In this document: in pieces, positions 25,001-36,240 of the stretch
How positions within the stretch are numbered: position 1 is the stretch's first letter
Layout: every line of letters starts with the position of its first letter
Origin: Saccostrea cucullata
Lineage: Eukaryota
NCBI RefSeq assembly: GCF_032062105.1
Contig: NW_026931583.1
Coordinates: forward strand, 372,001 to 436,000
Reading direction: 5' to 3'
Length of the DNA stretch: 64,000 bases
The notes under the pieces: generated by a model
The model's input: only the letters and a program-made list of their open reading frames with translations
Database searches by the model: none
What the model was told of the DNA's origin: nothing
Position numbers and translations under genes: made by a program

Positions 25001-28000
25001 TTCATTTTTATTTTACATGCTACTAAAGCATGTTTGTTTGCTAAGATTCTATTTTTTTTACTGTTTTATACATGTAATATTTTTACAATTCTTGTAATTA
25101 TAATTCAACATCGAGTCTGAAAAAAATGTTAATTATTTCTGGATTTATAATTACAAAACATTACATATTGTGATACACCATATCACAATATGTATCATGC
25201 AAAAAAAAATCACGATATACAGGTATATTGATAAAATAGCACATCCCTAGTCAGGGATCGACACTAACTTTAAAACCATAGTTGCCAGCAGGGATAGCCA
25301 TTTCTAATTTCCACTAGCCCTGTTTATGTATTAGTTGTCCAGCAGCCAAAGGCTGGTGGCCGAGTCACGAAGCGATGAGGGGGGTAGGTGAGGGAGGGGT
25401 CTTTCCCCTCCTGCTGGTGGGGGTACGGGGGGCCTCCCCCGGGAAATTTTGAAAATAGAGATACCAAATCCCGCATTCTGGCTGTATTTTGGGTAAAATT
25501 ATGTCACTCTATGATTGTACCTAAGACATTTTTCTGTTCAAAAAATTCCATATTTATAATCATTTAGGGTATTTCGAATCACCTTCAAAGTTTTACATTT
25601 TGACTTACAAAAATAATAAGTATGACGATAAAACATATGTTTGAAATTAAATTTAACAATGATCAGGTACATTGTGTGTAAATTATAATTATTTTTGTTG
25701 CTCTGAGTGAGTGTTTGGTAAAATTTACAGTAGTCCTGCAGGGCATGTTTAGTATCCTGACCTCAATATTCACTTGTCCCGGGCCAGCGGGCTACCGTTA
25801 GTATCGAACCCTGCTAGTCTTCAACAATACAAGTTTGTAATTGAATCTTAAATATTAGTCCTAAACAAGCAAAAAGTCTTTAACATTTGTGTAAAAAAAA
25901 TGTATAAACAATGACATATTAACATAGCTTTCAGGTATTCATCCTCGATAAGTATTATTTTAATATGTGAGGTAAAAAAAAGTTAAAGATGTATTGTGGT
26001 TTTGAAAAAGTTGCAGTACTTTTGCAAATTGTGTTAAAAGGGAGCTAACTCTGAAATTCAACCACTAAGTCTGGATATATAATGATAAAGCTCCTAAATA
26101 TTGTGTGGGTGTTCCTCAGATATCTTAAAAAATGTCCTTAAAGTTTTTCCACTAATGTGACTTTTAGATGATCTTGTTCAGATAAAGTGCCTTGGCCATT
26201 GTTCTGCCCTGAGGCTGCTTGTTTACAGCCAGGTTAAGCATGAAATAACCGTCCCTAATCTACGGACAAACATCAGACACGGTCTGAGGACAATGGTACA
26301 CGGGATTATCTAACATACCTAGACTTGTGTGTGTAGATCTCTATCTTGTTTACTTACTGCTGATTGTAGAAAACATTAATAACTCAATCTCTTATCGGAG
26401 TACCTGCTGTTTTATAACCAGGTGTAGGAGCTCGTAAATTTTGTAAATAAATATTTACTTTTCTACAGGATGTCCTACCCTTTTTGCTACAGTGTATTGA
26501 CAATTGATTATATACTCAAATAAATGACCAGTGGTTTACTGGGACAATACTAGCTGGGGGGAGCATTCCTTTTTCAAAAGCCAAACAACAGAGGCATAAA
26601 GAATATATTGTATTATGTGTCACAAGCAAAAAACTTAAATGTACAAATTCAATTCTACTGCAAACCATGTGCACCAGCACTCTCAAAACCAAGAGATTTG
26701 TTTTGTCAACATAATACAAGATTCTTGATTAACTTTGACAGGTATAATAATGTATTTGTGACAATTTTTCTGTATTTACCAGCATGGGCATTGGTATATC
26801 TCAATGATTTAACTGAAGTTAATTTGAGCTGGTTACCTTACCTGGGTATCTGAGACAGGTACTTGAGGCAGATATTGATGTCATGTGAGTTGTATGTAAG
26901 CTGGTTACCTTACCTGGGTATCTGAGACAGGTACTTGAGGCAGATAGTGATGTCATGTGAGTTGTATGTAAACTGGTAACCTTATCTGGGTATCTGAGAC
27001 AGGTACTTGAGGCAGATAGTGATGTCATGTGAGTTGTATGTAAGCTGGTAACCTTACCTGGGTATCTGAGACAGGTACTTGAGGCAGATAGTGATGTCAT
27101 GTGAGTTGTATGTAAGCTGGTTACCTTACCTGGGTATCTGAGACAGGTACTTGAGGCAGATAGTGATGTCATGCGAGTTGTATGTAAGCTGGTAACCTTA
27201 CCTGGGTATCTGAGACAGGTACTTGAGGCAGATAGTGATGTCATGTGAGTTGTATGTAAGCTGGTAACCTTACCTGGGTATCTGAGACAGGTACTTGAGG
27301 CAGATAGTGATGTCATGTGAGTTGTATGTAAGCTGGTAACCTTACCTGGGTATCTGAGACAGGTACTTGAGGCACATAGTGATGTCATGTGAGTTGTATG
27401 TAAGCTGGTAACCTTACCTGGGTATCTGAGACAGGTACTTGAGGCACATAGTGATGTCATGTGAGTTGTATGTAAGCTGGTAACCTTACCTGGGTATCTG
27501 AGACAGGTACTTGAGGCAGATAGTGATGTCATGTGAGTTGTATGTAAGCTGGTTACCTTACCTGGGTATCTGAGACAGGTACTTGAGGCACATAGTGATG
27601 TCATGTGAGTTGTATGTAAGCTGGTTACCTTACCTGGGTATCTGAGACAGGTACTTGAGGCAGATAGTGATGTCATGCGAGTTGTATGTAAGCTGGTAAC
27701 CTTACCTGGGTATCTGAGACAGGTACTTGAGGCAGATAGTGATGTCATGTGAGTTGTATGTAAGCTGGTAACCTTACCTGGGTATCTGAGACAGGTACTT
27801 GAGGCAGATAGTGATGTCATGTGAGTTGTATGTAAGCTGGTAACCTTACCTGGGTATCTGAGACAGGTACTTGAGGCACATAGTGATGTCATGTGAGTTG
27901 TATGTAAGCTGGTAACCTTACCTGGGTATCTGAGACAGGTACTTGAGGCAGATAGTGATGTCATGCGAGTTGTATGTAAGCTGGTAACCTTACCTGGGTA

Positions 28001-30526
28001 TCTGAGACAGGTACTTGAGGCAGATAGTGATGTCATGTGAGTTGTATGTAAGCTGGTAACCTTACCTGGGTATCTGAGACAGGTACTTGAGGCAGATAGT
28101 GATGTCATGTGAGTTGAAGCTGGGGTTGACAGGTTGAGGGGGAAAGGTCAGCACTGGTCCTCCTTGTCTGTCCCTCCCTCCTTTAATATAAGGTCAAGGT
28201 CAAATCAATGTTAACCCATAAATCATTATTCTAAATATTTACATGTGTAGTTCTACACTGCACGTAATATTTCTCTAATTATGGTAGTCATAGATTTAAT
28301 TTCAAATTCAATACATTTAGTGTCTAAAACAAAATTAACTATTCTTAACATATGAGAATATTCCATTCAATTATAATGCTAAGTATAATGTCACTGTATG
28401 TATATGTATCAGATTTCTAGCTGCATATTTATTTCAGTCAACGTGGAGACAGTTTTCTGGATTGCTGACAAATACAAGTGTATCAATTGCACAGGCATAG
28501 GTTTTGAAATGACACTTAATGCTGATAATGTAATGTGTTGAAAAAATTCATCTGTGCATTATCACCCTATGTAATATGCATAAGGTTGGCTGAAATCTAA
28601 GAGCAACACAACGGGTATATACCTGTAAGGTAGACAATCTCTGTTTTCAGGATTTCAATGATGTGAGAGGCCTCCATTCCTCGGGCTGTCAAGTAAAAAA
28701 GAATTTTGGTATAGATCAAAATAATCTTAATTTTAGTCACAAGTAAAATATATATCTTCTGGCATACATAAAAAGACCATTTTCCTACTTCAAAGTTACA
28801 AATATATATTGATATATAATTGATTCAATCTTGTCTCTGTAGAGACTTCCAACATTCAAAGAAAAAAACACTCCTAAAGCATTTCAATTTCAAAAAGTTA
28901 ATATGGTTTTCAAATTGACTGAAAATTTAGAGGCTCTGAATATGATAATATTATATATTACATGTCTATGAATTTATTGAAGGAAGAGAGCTAATACACT
29001 ATGCATGCTCTGTATTTTGATCATGCCAGCGTTTGCCAAGTTCCCAATCCTATATCCTTACACATATAATGTGACATATTGGCTTAATGTGACAACAAGG
29101 TCATTCATATACTGTGTTTGTAAAATATTTCACTTTTATAATAGGATTAATTCTGCTTTACAAAAGATAGATTAAATTCATAAATGGTCAAGTAGACATG
29201 ATTTATTCTATCAAATGTGGAATGTTTTCTATTCAAAAACCATTGATTTCAATGTCAGCCGCTGATAAACATACACTGAGTGTAATGTCTGTTAACTTTG
29301 ATCAGTTTTTAAACAAAACATGGTCAGTCATCAGTTTATCAGTGAATTTGGAAATTCAAGTACAGATACATCATACATGTATTTCACACAGTCATTAAAC
29401 CACATGATTTAATGTGGTTGTTTTGTTGAATGCTTTCAAGTCATATGTATTGTTGTGAACTATCAACCTAGACTTAGCATCATACTAGAGAGATTTTCTG
29501 CTTCTTTTCACAGTAATTGGTAACCACCTCATAACACCTACCTTCAGGTATTGGGTGAGCACCACTCCCCGAGCTGGCCAAGGACATCTGACTCTGAGTG
29601 CTCTGCTGAGTTCGAGTGCTCCGCTGAGCGTGTGAGTACTCACTCCCCTTCCGCGACATCATGGGTGTGGTGTGTGGTGGACTCGCGGCGTCCTTCCTGG
29701 AAGGATAAGGTGAGGTCTGGGACCTCAGTGATCTTCTAGAATCATGTGTGGAGTACCCATTCTGTTTAGGGGAGTACTGAGGGCTTTGGTGGGAGGCTGT
29801 GATTTGTTCTGGCTCCCTCTGATAGGGAGGGGGACCTTCACTGTCCTGGCGAAGGATGGGTTGATTGGGTAGGTATTTGGGAGAGGTTGATTGTGGACTA
29901 GTTTCCTCAGGGTAGAGTGACCTTTGACCCTGAGGTGAGGATGGAGATGGCTGATTCTGTGCATAATTTTGAACTTTTGGTCTAGGACCAGACACAGATC
30001 TCTGGCTCTCACTACGAACTAAGTTCCATTGCTGATCAAGACTCAAGTTCTGGAGACTGACAGGTCTGGATAAGTTTGACCCTTCATTTGTCTTCGGTCT
30101 GATTGGCTGATAATGTGGCTTTTGATTGGTTGGTGAAGATAAGTTTTGTTGACTGCTGTACTGTGATTCGTTCAACTGACTTTCATCACCTCTGATTGGC
30201 CGATATGCTGGTTTGCTGGATTTTTCTTGTGGTCTGATTGGCTGGTATGTTGGCTTAGGAGAAATCTGTTGGCTTCCATAGTGCTGTTTCTCCATTTCAT
30301 GACGGGAGAGATTTGGCTGGGACACATACTTCTGGGTCTGTGCCTGACCAGATGAATGGCCTAGGATCTGGGATTGACTCCTAGGATCCTGGCGAACTGA
30401 TTGGGTGAGGTTGGAGGGTTGGAGTCTGTGATGGGATGAATAAGGGTCATAACCTGGGGGACCCTGCAGAGAATGGTGGCTCCCCTGTCGTGACAAGTTA
30501 GGGGCAACACCACCCTGATAGGCCAT
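36..30526 (-). CDS. Giant SEC14 + spectrin-repeat + Ig-domain protein (SESTD1/CCDC141/titin-like; zormin/sallimus-type). 38 coding exons in the window, 3' end beyond the window start.
   Basis: Hand-spliced exons, all GT-AG and phase-consistent: 30526-29542, 28685-28623, 28180-28066, 24808-24718, 24533-24420, 24304-24191, 23928-23748, 22327-22116, 21870-21748, 21388-21197, 20975-20861, 20561-20320, 19839-19717, 19499-19308, 18127-17940, 17622-17145, 11251-11129, 7972-7781, 7569-7461, 7262-7018, 6729-6610, 6417-6028, 5886-5773, 5565-5443, 5338-5147, 4954-4784, 4430-4257, 3912-3787, 3423-3235, 3040-2864, 2458-2309, 2180-2058, 1890-1699, 1584-1401, 1275-1157, 1065-941, 811-591, 332-36. No internal stop. 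The 17145->11251 junction is inferred. Confidence 0.85.
1157..11251 (-). CDS. CCDC141: CCDC141-like spectrin-repeat exons (19 exons)
   Basis: GAEWIRVRVHQMEPDLTDVGSTLEEALQLRQEHNEMLAKLK / ...ENRSQADVYAAMAETLNEAW... resembles the recalled CCDC141 N-terminal region (..[23 protein letters not shown] ..VYDAMAETLGEAW); followed by many W-containing spectrin-like helical repeats. Confidence 0.85.
10900..11128 (-). repeat. Degenerate tandem copies of the 3' end and donor of exon 11129-11251 inside the following intron
   Basis: Plus strand ggactcactttgagttaagcgagcatttgattgtgtt and ttgagcttagcaagcatttcatt..gtgttcttgtctgtcagtt resemble the exon end gaactcaccttgagcttggcgagcatttcgttgtgttcttgtctgagtt. Confidence 0.7.
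12192..12300 (+). mobile_element. Degenerate tRNA-derived (SINE-like) fragment
   Basis: tRNA-like A-box gtagctctgtgattcgagcacctgactagt and a degenerate B-box region, ending ..ttcctgttaca. Confidence 0.4.
13962..14078 (-). CDS. CCDC141: Internal alternative first coding exon encoding a CCDC141-like N-terminus (MSDRASDITDLSELPPSTTTISTVAVQSGRSKVILAILR)
   Basis: AAAATG start at 14078; in-frame TAA 8 codons upstream with no AG in between; phase-0 donor CGA|GTAAGT at 13962 joins exon 11251 in frame; peptide resembles recalled human CCDC141 STTTVSSVAVQAGDSKIVIAVIK. Confidence 0.8.
17145..23928 (-). CDS. Spectrin-repeat exons of the SESTD1-like half plus an R/S/P-rich linker exon (17145-17622)
   Basis: Helical repeats with spectrin signatures (VVTWIL..GIGDSYHAAEELRKRH; AIDWIL..MGSTQEEAENLQLEHKKFE); ORFs 22047, 21628, 20233, 19269 and 17070 overlap these exons. 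Confidence 0.85.
18340..19177 (+). mobile_element. Degenerate hAT (ZBED-like) transposon remnant in an intron
   Basis: Frameshifted peptide DYMPIQVVEGKGFK/..APNYKIPS..IEKVY../VALTTDALSS..SYITIT (hAT catalytic TTD-W region); right end GACATCCCTA is the reverse complement of a hAT-type TIR TAGGGATG. Left boundary approximate. Confidence 0.75.
19880..20069. mobile_element. Short Tc1/mariner-type MITE
   Basis: Inverted ends cggtatacagg / cctgtatacag-TA with internal inverted ttttgcccc / ggggcaaaa motifs. Confidence 0.6.
24191..28685 (-). CDS. SESTD1: SEC14/CRAL-TRIO domain exons, SESTD1-like (5 exons)
   Basis: Spliced peptide MEASHIIEILKTEIVYLTGGRDRQGGPVLTFPP...LKYLSQIPSEESKRRGFTAIVDSR...QLTHSYGGLLWYNHHEWLQNRI matches the recalled SESTD1/Trio-type SEC14 pattern (MEAS..., GGxD, YLxxIPSE, GFTxIVD, GGxLxYxHxxWL). 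Confidence 0.85.
25252..25813. mobile_element. Non-autonomous TIR element with a 5-bp TSD (hAT5-like)
   Basis: TIRs CAGGGATCGACACTAAC / GTTAGTATCGAACCCTG; CTAGT flanks both sides (25247-25251, 25814-25818). Confidence 0.8.
26827..28116 (-). repeat. 72-bp minisatellite, 18 copies, made of the exon 3' end plus the 5' splice site
   Basis: TGGGTATCTGAGACAGG recurs every 72 bp from 26843 to 28067; copies nearly identical; the rightmost copy lies in coding exon 28066-28180. Confidence 0.97.
29542..30526 (-). CDS. First coding exon: ~328-aa Q/S/P-rich low-complexity N-terminal extension
   Basis: ORF 29480..30529; acceptor TTTTCAG just before 30530; ATG at 30526; phase-1 donor GAAG|GTAGGT at 29542 joins in frame to exon 28685. 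Confidence 0.8.
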
Positions 30527-31541
30527 CACTCTGAAAATAGATATGCAAAGGAAAATACTGTATTAAATGTAGCAAGCAAACTGGGAATATGTAACCTGCA
30601 TCCAATCATATCAAATCTGATTCATTGTTTTTTACCTTTAAAGTCATGGAGTTCGCTGAGCTATTCATGCATTCTCAACAAATCTTTCGTCAAATTAATG
30701 ACACAATATCTGATAACCAATTTACTATTCTCAGTGACATCATTTACATTTTGTACCTAAACTGTGCATATCGTTCTTTACGAATGTAAAGCATTTGACA
30801 AGAGTATTTGCATAAATGATCTTGGATTTTATTGTCAGTTCTAGAGTTTCAAGTACAGGAATTGATTCTTCTACAGTGTGAATATATATGTATATAACAC
30901 TGCAGTATACACCTTGATCAAAGACTGTCAACATTGAATTTAAAATACAGGTTGGGAAATTTTTAAATAGTGCATATTTTCAAGGTTGAGTAATCACGAC
31001 AAGGATAATTTCCAGTAGCGTTCCATTGAAGACGGCTATTTTATGTATGGGAAACCCTAGCCTCTACACTCGTAAATGACAGCATCGGGGGTTTAGTCGC
31101 TGTGAGATCTTCTTTCTAAAGCAATTTAAAATTCTGTCTTCTTAAACTCTTTGTTAGTCTGCTAATTCAGTAGCTGACAGATCTAGATAACAATTTATTT
31201 TTCTTATTATCTAATAAAAGATAAATAATTCTGATACATGAAAGCTGAGACATTACAAATGGAACATTTATATCACAGCTTGAAAACATCACAGGCCTGT
31301 GGGCCTTAAAGGCCACCTAAGAGTAGTATATATGTCTGTTATGAGTTTCTCTTGATATGACCAACTCAGCCACTAAGGTACTGAATTGCATTAATTTTCA
31401 ACTTTGACTGATGTTCACTCTCATTCTAGTTATCTTGATCCTATGTCATTAGGAGTGCAATATTGAAGAATCTGAGAAATAAATTTATTCAAACCTCGTT
31501 ATCTCAAATTCAATGGGACTTCATAAGAAAAAAAAGATCTA

Positions 31542-31716
31542 TAGCAAAACTCATTTAGTACGAACACTGATAGAGCGAATTTACGGATATAGCGAAGTCA
31601 TTTTTGATCCCAAGCTATATAAATTTAATGAATTTCTTATACAATTATAACGAATTATGGATTTAGCAAAGTAATTTCATAGGTCCCAGTGACTTCATTA
31701 TAACCAAGTTTTACTG
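31542..31716. mobile_element. pogo/Tigger-like MITE nested in an older MITE
   Basis: TA-tagcaaaactc ... aagttttactg-TA; flanked by aacctcgttatctcaa / ttcaagatatcgagg remnants. Confidence 0.55.
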
Positions 31717-32785
31717 TATAATCCTGAAGTTCAAGATATCGAGGGTAAAATACTCGAGAAATATACATGGTTGCATGGATCCCCCAACCACTTCGACATA
31801 TATTATTCCATTGGTATACTGATTACTGAAGTTCAAATAATGTACATGTACTACAATGTATATGATACCAAGAATAGCCAATGGAAACTCAAAAGCTTAT
31901 TTCCAATGGGGGTCCTTTGCATGGATGTTGGCATGGGGGGGGTCATTCCTAAAGGAGGAAACTACTATACAGCATCCAAAGAAATTCTGCATGTTCAAGT
32001 GGCATTTACCTCTGCCAATCACAGAGATTGAACTCAGATTTTAGCACTTGAGAAGCATCGAGTGCACTACCAGTACAATTTAATTTAATATGTAGATTTT
32101 AAAGATGCTCATATCAAGGATATGATACCTACTAGCTCCCCTCTCTCATCTGTGAACTTGGAACAAACAATATTTCACAGATCAGCAAATAAGTAATGAC
32201 TCAGATGTCCTCAAATTATAAACCATGATAGAAGTAAATGTCTCAATAGTGTACAGTTTTGACTACAGAAATGACCTTGGTACACATACCAGGTATGTAA
32301 CTCAAAAACTATAAAAGGCCTCCCCTTTTAACAAGTAATTAACATTCAATGAACTTTATTTTTACCTGACAGATAATTGCTGTGATTAATTTTATCTTTA
32401 CAATCTGCATTATACAGCTCTGGGTAATGATGTCGCAATTGTCAATTTACTCCATTACCTAAACCCTCCAAAGACTAACTTGAATATAGGGCTCAATTGT
32501 CCACAAGGAATGCATTCTAATGTCCTCTATCCAAGAATAAGAGGAAAATTTACACTGCAGTAAACATTTAAAAGTAAGGTTAGCAAAGAACATGATCATA
32601 AGGTTTCTACACGCACTGAATGATATATTTTACACAAATTCAGGAGAGAGTAAATCATAGCAAGGACAGAGAAGAAATTCTATACAAGCAGAAGTCTATA
32701 AATAAGAGGTATTTTAATTGTTATGAATCAGTGTTTATTATCATGCATCACAGAACGAAGGAAAATGAATCATCATATTGCATTA

Positions 32786-32982
32786 CTGTAGATTCCTAAT
32801 TATACGCGAGGAATTAATTTCCACGTAATTACGCGAGGAGCATCACTCGCGAAAAAATATTACTCACTTTTATTTTCATGGTGCTGAAATCTATGTAAAT
32901 TCCATTAATCAACCGTCGATTCGCGAATTATAATTCTCGCGATCTGACGTTGAAGTACTCGCAACAAATAAGGAATCTACAG
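32786..32982. mobile_element. MITE with TA TSD (Tc1/mariner-like)
   Basis: TA-CTGTAGATTCCT..AGGAATCTACAG-TA; internal CGCG-rich repeats. Confidence 0.8.
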
Positions 32983-35329
32983 TAATCATTATATTAAAAT
33001 CACACATTGGTCATAGGTAGTACATGTATACAGCTTTCTATTTATGCTAAATACTATCTCGATCATAACACATCGATACTGATACTCAATTTGTAGCATT
33101 ATCATACCTACATGTAATTTCTCATGTCTTTGAATTAATTTTGTTTCAATTATAACCTTAGAAATCTGTAAAATTTACAGCACAATTAACTATTTATGAC
33201 ATATTGTTTTCAGTGTTGGGGCCTAATATTGTTACATTGATTTTGTGTTAAATTTGTTCAGAGCTAGTGATATGCATGCAGTTTTGTAATTATTATCTCA
33301 CCAAGAAGTCTGACAGGTGCATTCTTCTAGAACAGGATATTGTCCTATCAGATTATCCGTATATTGTTACTGGCGTTCCATTAATATTTGACCATTTTCA
33401 TAACTTTACTTTTGGGGGGGGGGGGGGGGGGGGGGGTTGAAAAAACTACAGAGGATAAAATCTGATATATAAAATTGTAATTTTCTACAGACATACAGAT
33501 CCAGTCCCTTTATATACCTGGTACCTACACCTCTTTACATCTACGTGTGAATATTACATGATTTAGTCCTACAACTTCTACTCCAAACTGCAGAATAATG
33601 GGAGTGGGACATTGGGGGGGGGGGGGGTTAGGGGGGCACTCTCTGTGCATAACCTCTATAAAACAACAAGTATTCTTCAAATTAGCTGTCATACATTGAT
33701 CTAATAATGATTAAAATTGTCAAAATAATATTCTTATGTGGCTGGTTCTCAGGAGAAGATGCAGACTTTGCCACTAAATTTAACAGAGCCTGAGGGGTAT
33801 GGCCATGCAGACAGACCCTTTGGTCTGGCAATCTTATATATAATGTATCTGTGTGGAACCCTCCCAGCTATCTTTTCCTCTTTCCTCCCTGTTTTTTTTT
33901 CCCACTAGAACTTACATGGTGTACTTCTTCTACAAGGACAGAGTCCTGCATGCTCAGTCCATTAACACTAAAGATTCCCAAATGTTGGCTTTATTTTCTG
34001 TGTCTTGCACAAAGCCTATACCTCTCATGAAAATAAACATCTGAATAAGCAGTGCACTCAATAAACCCTTCAATGAAACTTATAAGGCTACTGATTACAT
34101 TACTCCTTACTAATACTAAATTCATACAACATTTATTGTAGACTTTAATAGTGATTGTCCATACATTGTATCATACATATTAAAGCACTGATTCAGAAAA
34201 CATTTGTTTCATTTTTACGAGTTGATGGCATCAACTCAAGTTATGTTACTGGTAAGGGATTCCCCATGTATCGAAACTAATCACATTTTCGTTTGAGTAT
34301 TTTGCATACAGATTCTTGTATAATATTGGCTTATTTACAATATTCATGATCTACAGAATAAGAATATGTTTCCTGATATGATTTGAAGTGTTTATAAACT
34401 TAAATACTTATTATTTTATTTTTTTGGAATTTGTGTCAATCCGCGAGAGAAAATAGTGCAAGGGGCATGCAGTCAAAAATTGTGACATGTCGTGCAAACA
34501 AAGTTTTGATTTTTAAGTCAATAAATACTAGTATTTCTAACTATTTCAACTTATTTTAAGTAATTTGAAAATAGATTTTGAAAGAAAATTTACACAATTA
34601 AATATTGTACAAACCAGGTTATTTTTACAAGACTGACGTGTTAGTGGTATATAAATAAACTAATCCTTGCGCTGATCTAGTATGCTAATGACCAGTGCAA
34701 TTTTCCCGCGATAACTAGTGATGAAGTATTTATATATAGAACACTACTTATGTTTGTAAACAAAGCGAGAAACACCTAGTTAAGAGGGATAGTCAAAGTG
34801 AAATCAAATATTAACCTGAAAGGGAAGAAATGAACTGTACCAGTTGATAAAATATTTTTTATGTAAATGCCATTACTTCTTGTGCAAACAATAAAAGAAC
34901 CACTGTCTTCCACAATTTAGATCTGCATCACAGCAAGTTTTAATTACAGTAGAGGTCACTTAACATGCCTGTTATTCTTATCTTATTGTCTGCGCTACTT
35001 TAGAAAGAGAGTTCCTTTACTATATCCAGCTGTGTCTTACCATCAGATGCTGGCAATGTGATACAGTGAATTAATTTAAAGTACAGAAGACAGTAAAAAA
35101 ATAACCAAAAAAAAAAATATATACAGAAAGATTAAATCGGGTGTTATTCATAAATAAAATGAGAAATGTTTGTTTATAAATGTTAATCAAGAGACTGAAA
35201 ATTCAAATATATTCAATAGTAAATAGATTATGTAAACGATTAATATACCATGCCATTGTGATAAAGTTTTAGTCTTCAGTCAAAAAGCCAAAAAGAATAA
35301 AATTATTAATCCTTCATGAATTTATCAAT

Positions 35330-35810
35330 GAAAGTCATGTAGTTGAATTACAAAAGAGCTCAATTGAAAGAAATGAAATATTACACGTGCAAATCAATGA
35401 ATTGAAGTCAGGTAGATATATTTCAAGAGTGTCTAAACCAAACGAAAAAAAAAAATTAAAATGTTCATTTCAACTAAAAGTCAAAAAGCGTTGAATTTTA
35501 AGAGCAGCTAAATCGGGAGAATTGGAGTATTTATTTTGCATATCAAAGACCATACAAGACAAGGAGTTGAATTTCACGAGAGGCTAAATCAAGAAAATAT
35601 CAAATATACATGCAAATTTTGAAAGACGAGGAGCCGAATTTCAATAACCATATTAAACAAATCAAAATTTTGAATTTTGTAATATGCATATCAATGAAAA
35701 TAGAGGATTTGAAATTTAAGAGTGGCTTAATCACGAGAAATAAAACATATTGATGTGCAATGAAAATGTCAATTTATGAAAATAGTGAAAATATTTGATG
35801 TGCATATTAT
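35330..35810 (+). repeat. Highly diverged tandem repeat (~65-80-bp units)
   Basis: Recurring motif gaaagNcaNgagttgaatttNaagagNggctaaatcaNgaga...tgcaNatcaa about 6 times. Confidence 0.5.
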
Positions 35811-36014
35811 GGTGCATTTTAATGATTTTATTCATTTGCGCTCTTTTTAAGTTATAATTCCCTATTCTAATATTGTTGAAGGTTGGTCCTCTTAGTTTGA
35901 AATATTTGTGTGAAAAGCTGCTTTATTTATTTTTTTCATCAGAGCACATAACACATATAACCCAAATATGTATCAGTGATCTCAACTCATTTTAACAGTA
36001 AGTAGTTGATCCTT

Positions 36015-36240
36015 ACATCGTGCGTTCGAATCCCACTATTGGACGTGGCGACCGATCCTTCAGATGAGACCTAATAAATCGAGGTCCTGTGTGGCAGTAT
36101 GTGCTGACACAAAAAAACCATCACTGATCAATGGCCGTAAAGTGATGAGTATAGGGCAAAAATTGAAGCACTAAGTGGTGATGCCTAGTCATATGAGTAA
36201 AAATTCTCGAGAGGGATGTTAAACAACGTACAAACAATAC
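36015..36240 (+). mobile_element. tRNA-derived SINE (5'-truncated)
   Basis: B-box GTTCGAATCCC at ~36024; 3' end ..attctcgagagggatgttaaacaacgtacaaacaa with an AAC-rich tail, as recalled for bivalve SINEs. Confidence 0.65.

Noticed and set aside
26819-28108. 429-aa repetitive ORF (MTSLSASSTCLRYPGKVTSLHTTH)n
   Set aside because: A by-product of a 72-bp (multiple of 3) repeat read in a different frame from the real SEC14 exon; no independent gene signals.
26827-28116. CRISPR-like array
   Set aside because: Head-to-tail repeat with no unique spacers, no cas genes, eukaryotic intron context.
17145-28685. Trio/kalirin RhoGEF call for the SEC14-spectrin gene
   Set aside because: No DH-PH domains follow the spectrin repeats; the MEAS start and downstream CCDC141/Ig content fit SESTD1 better.
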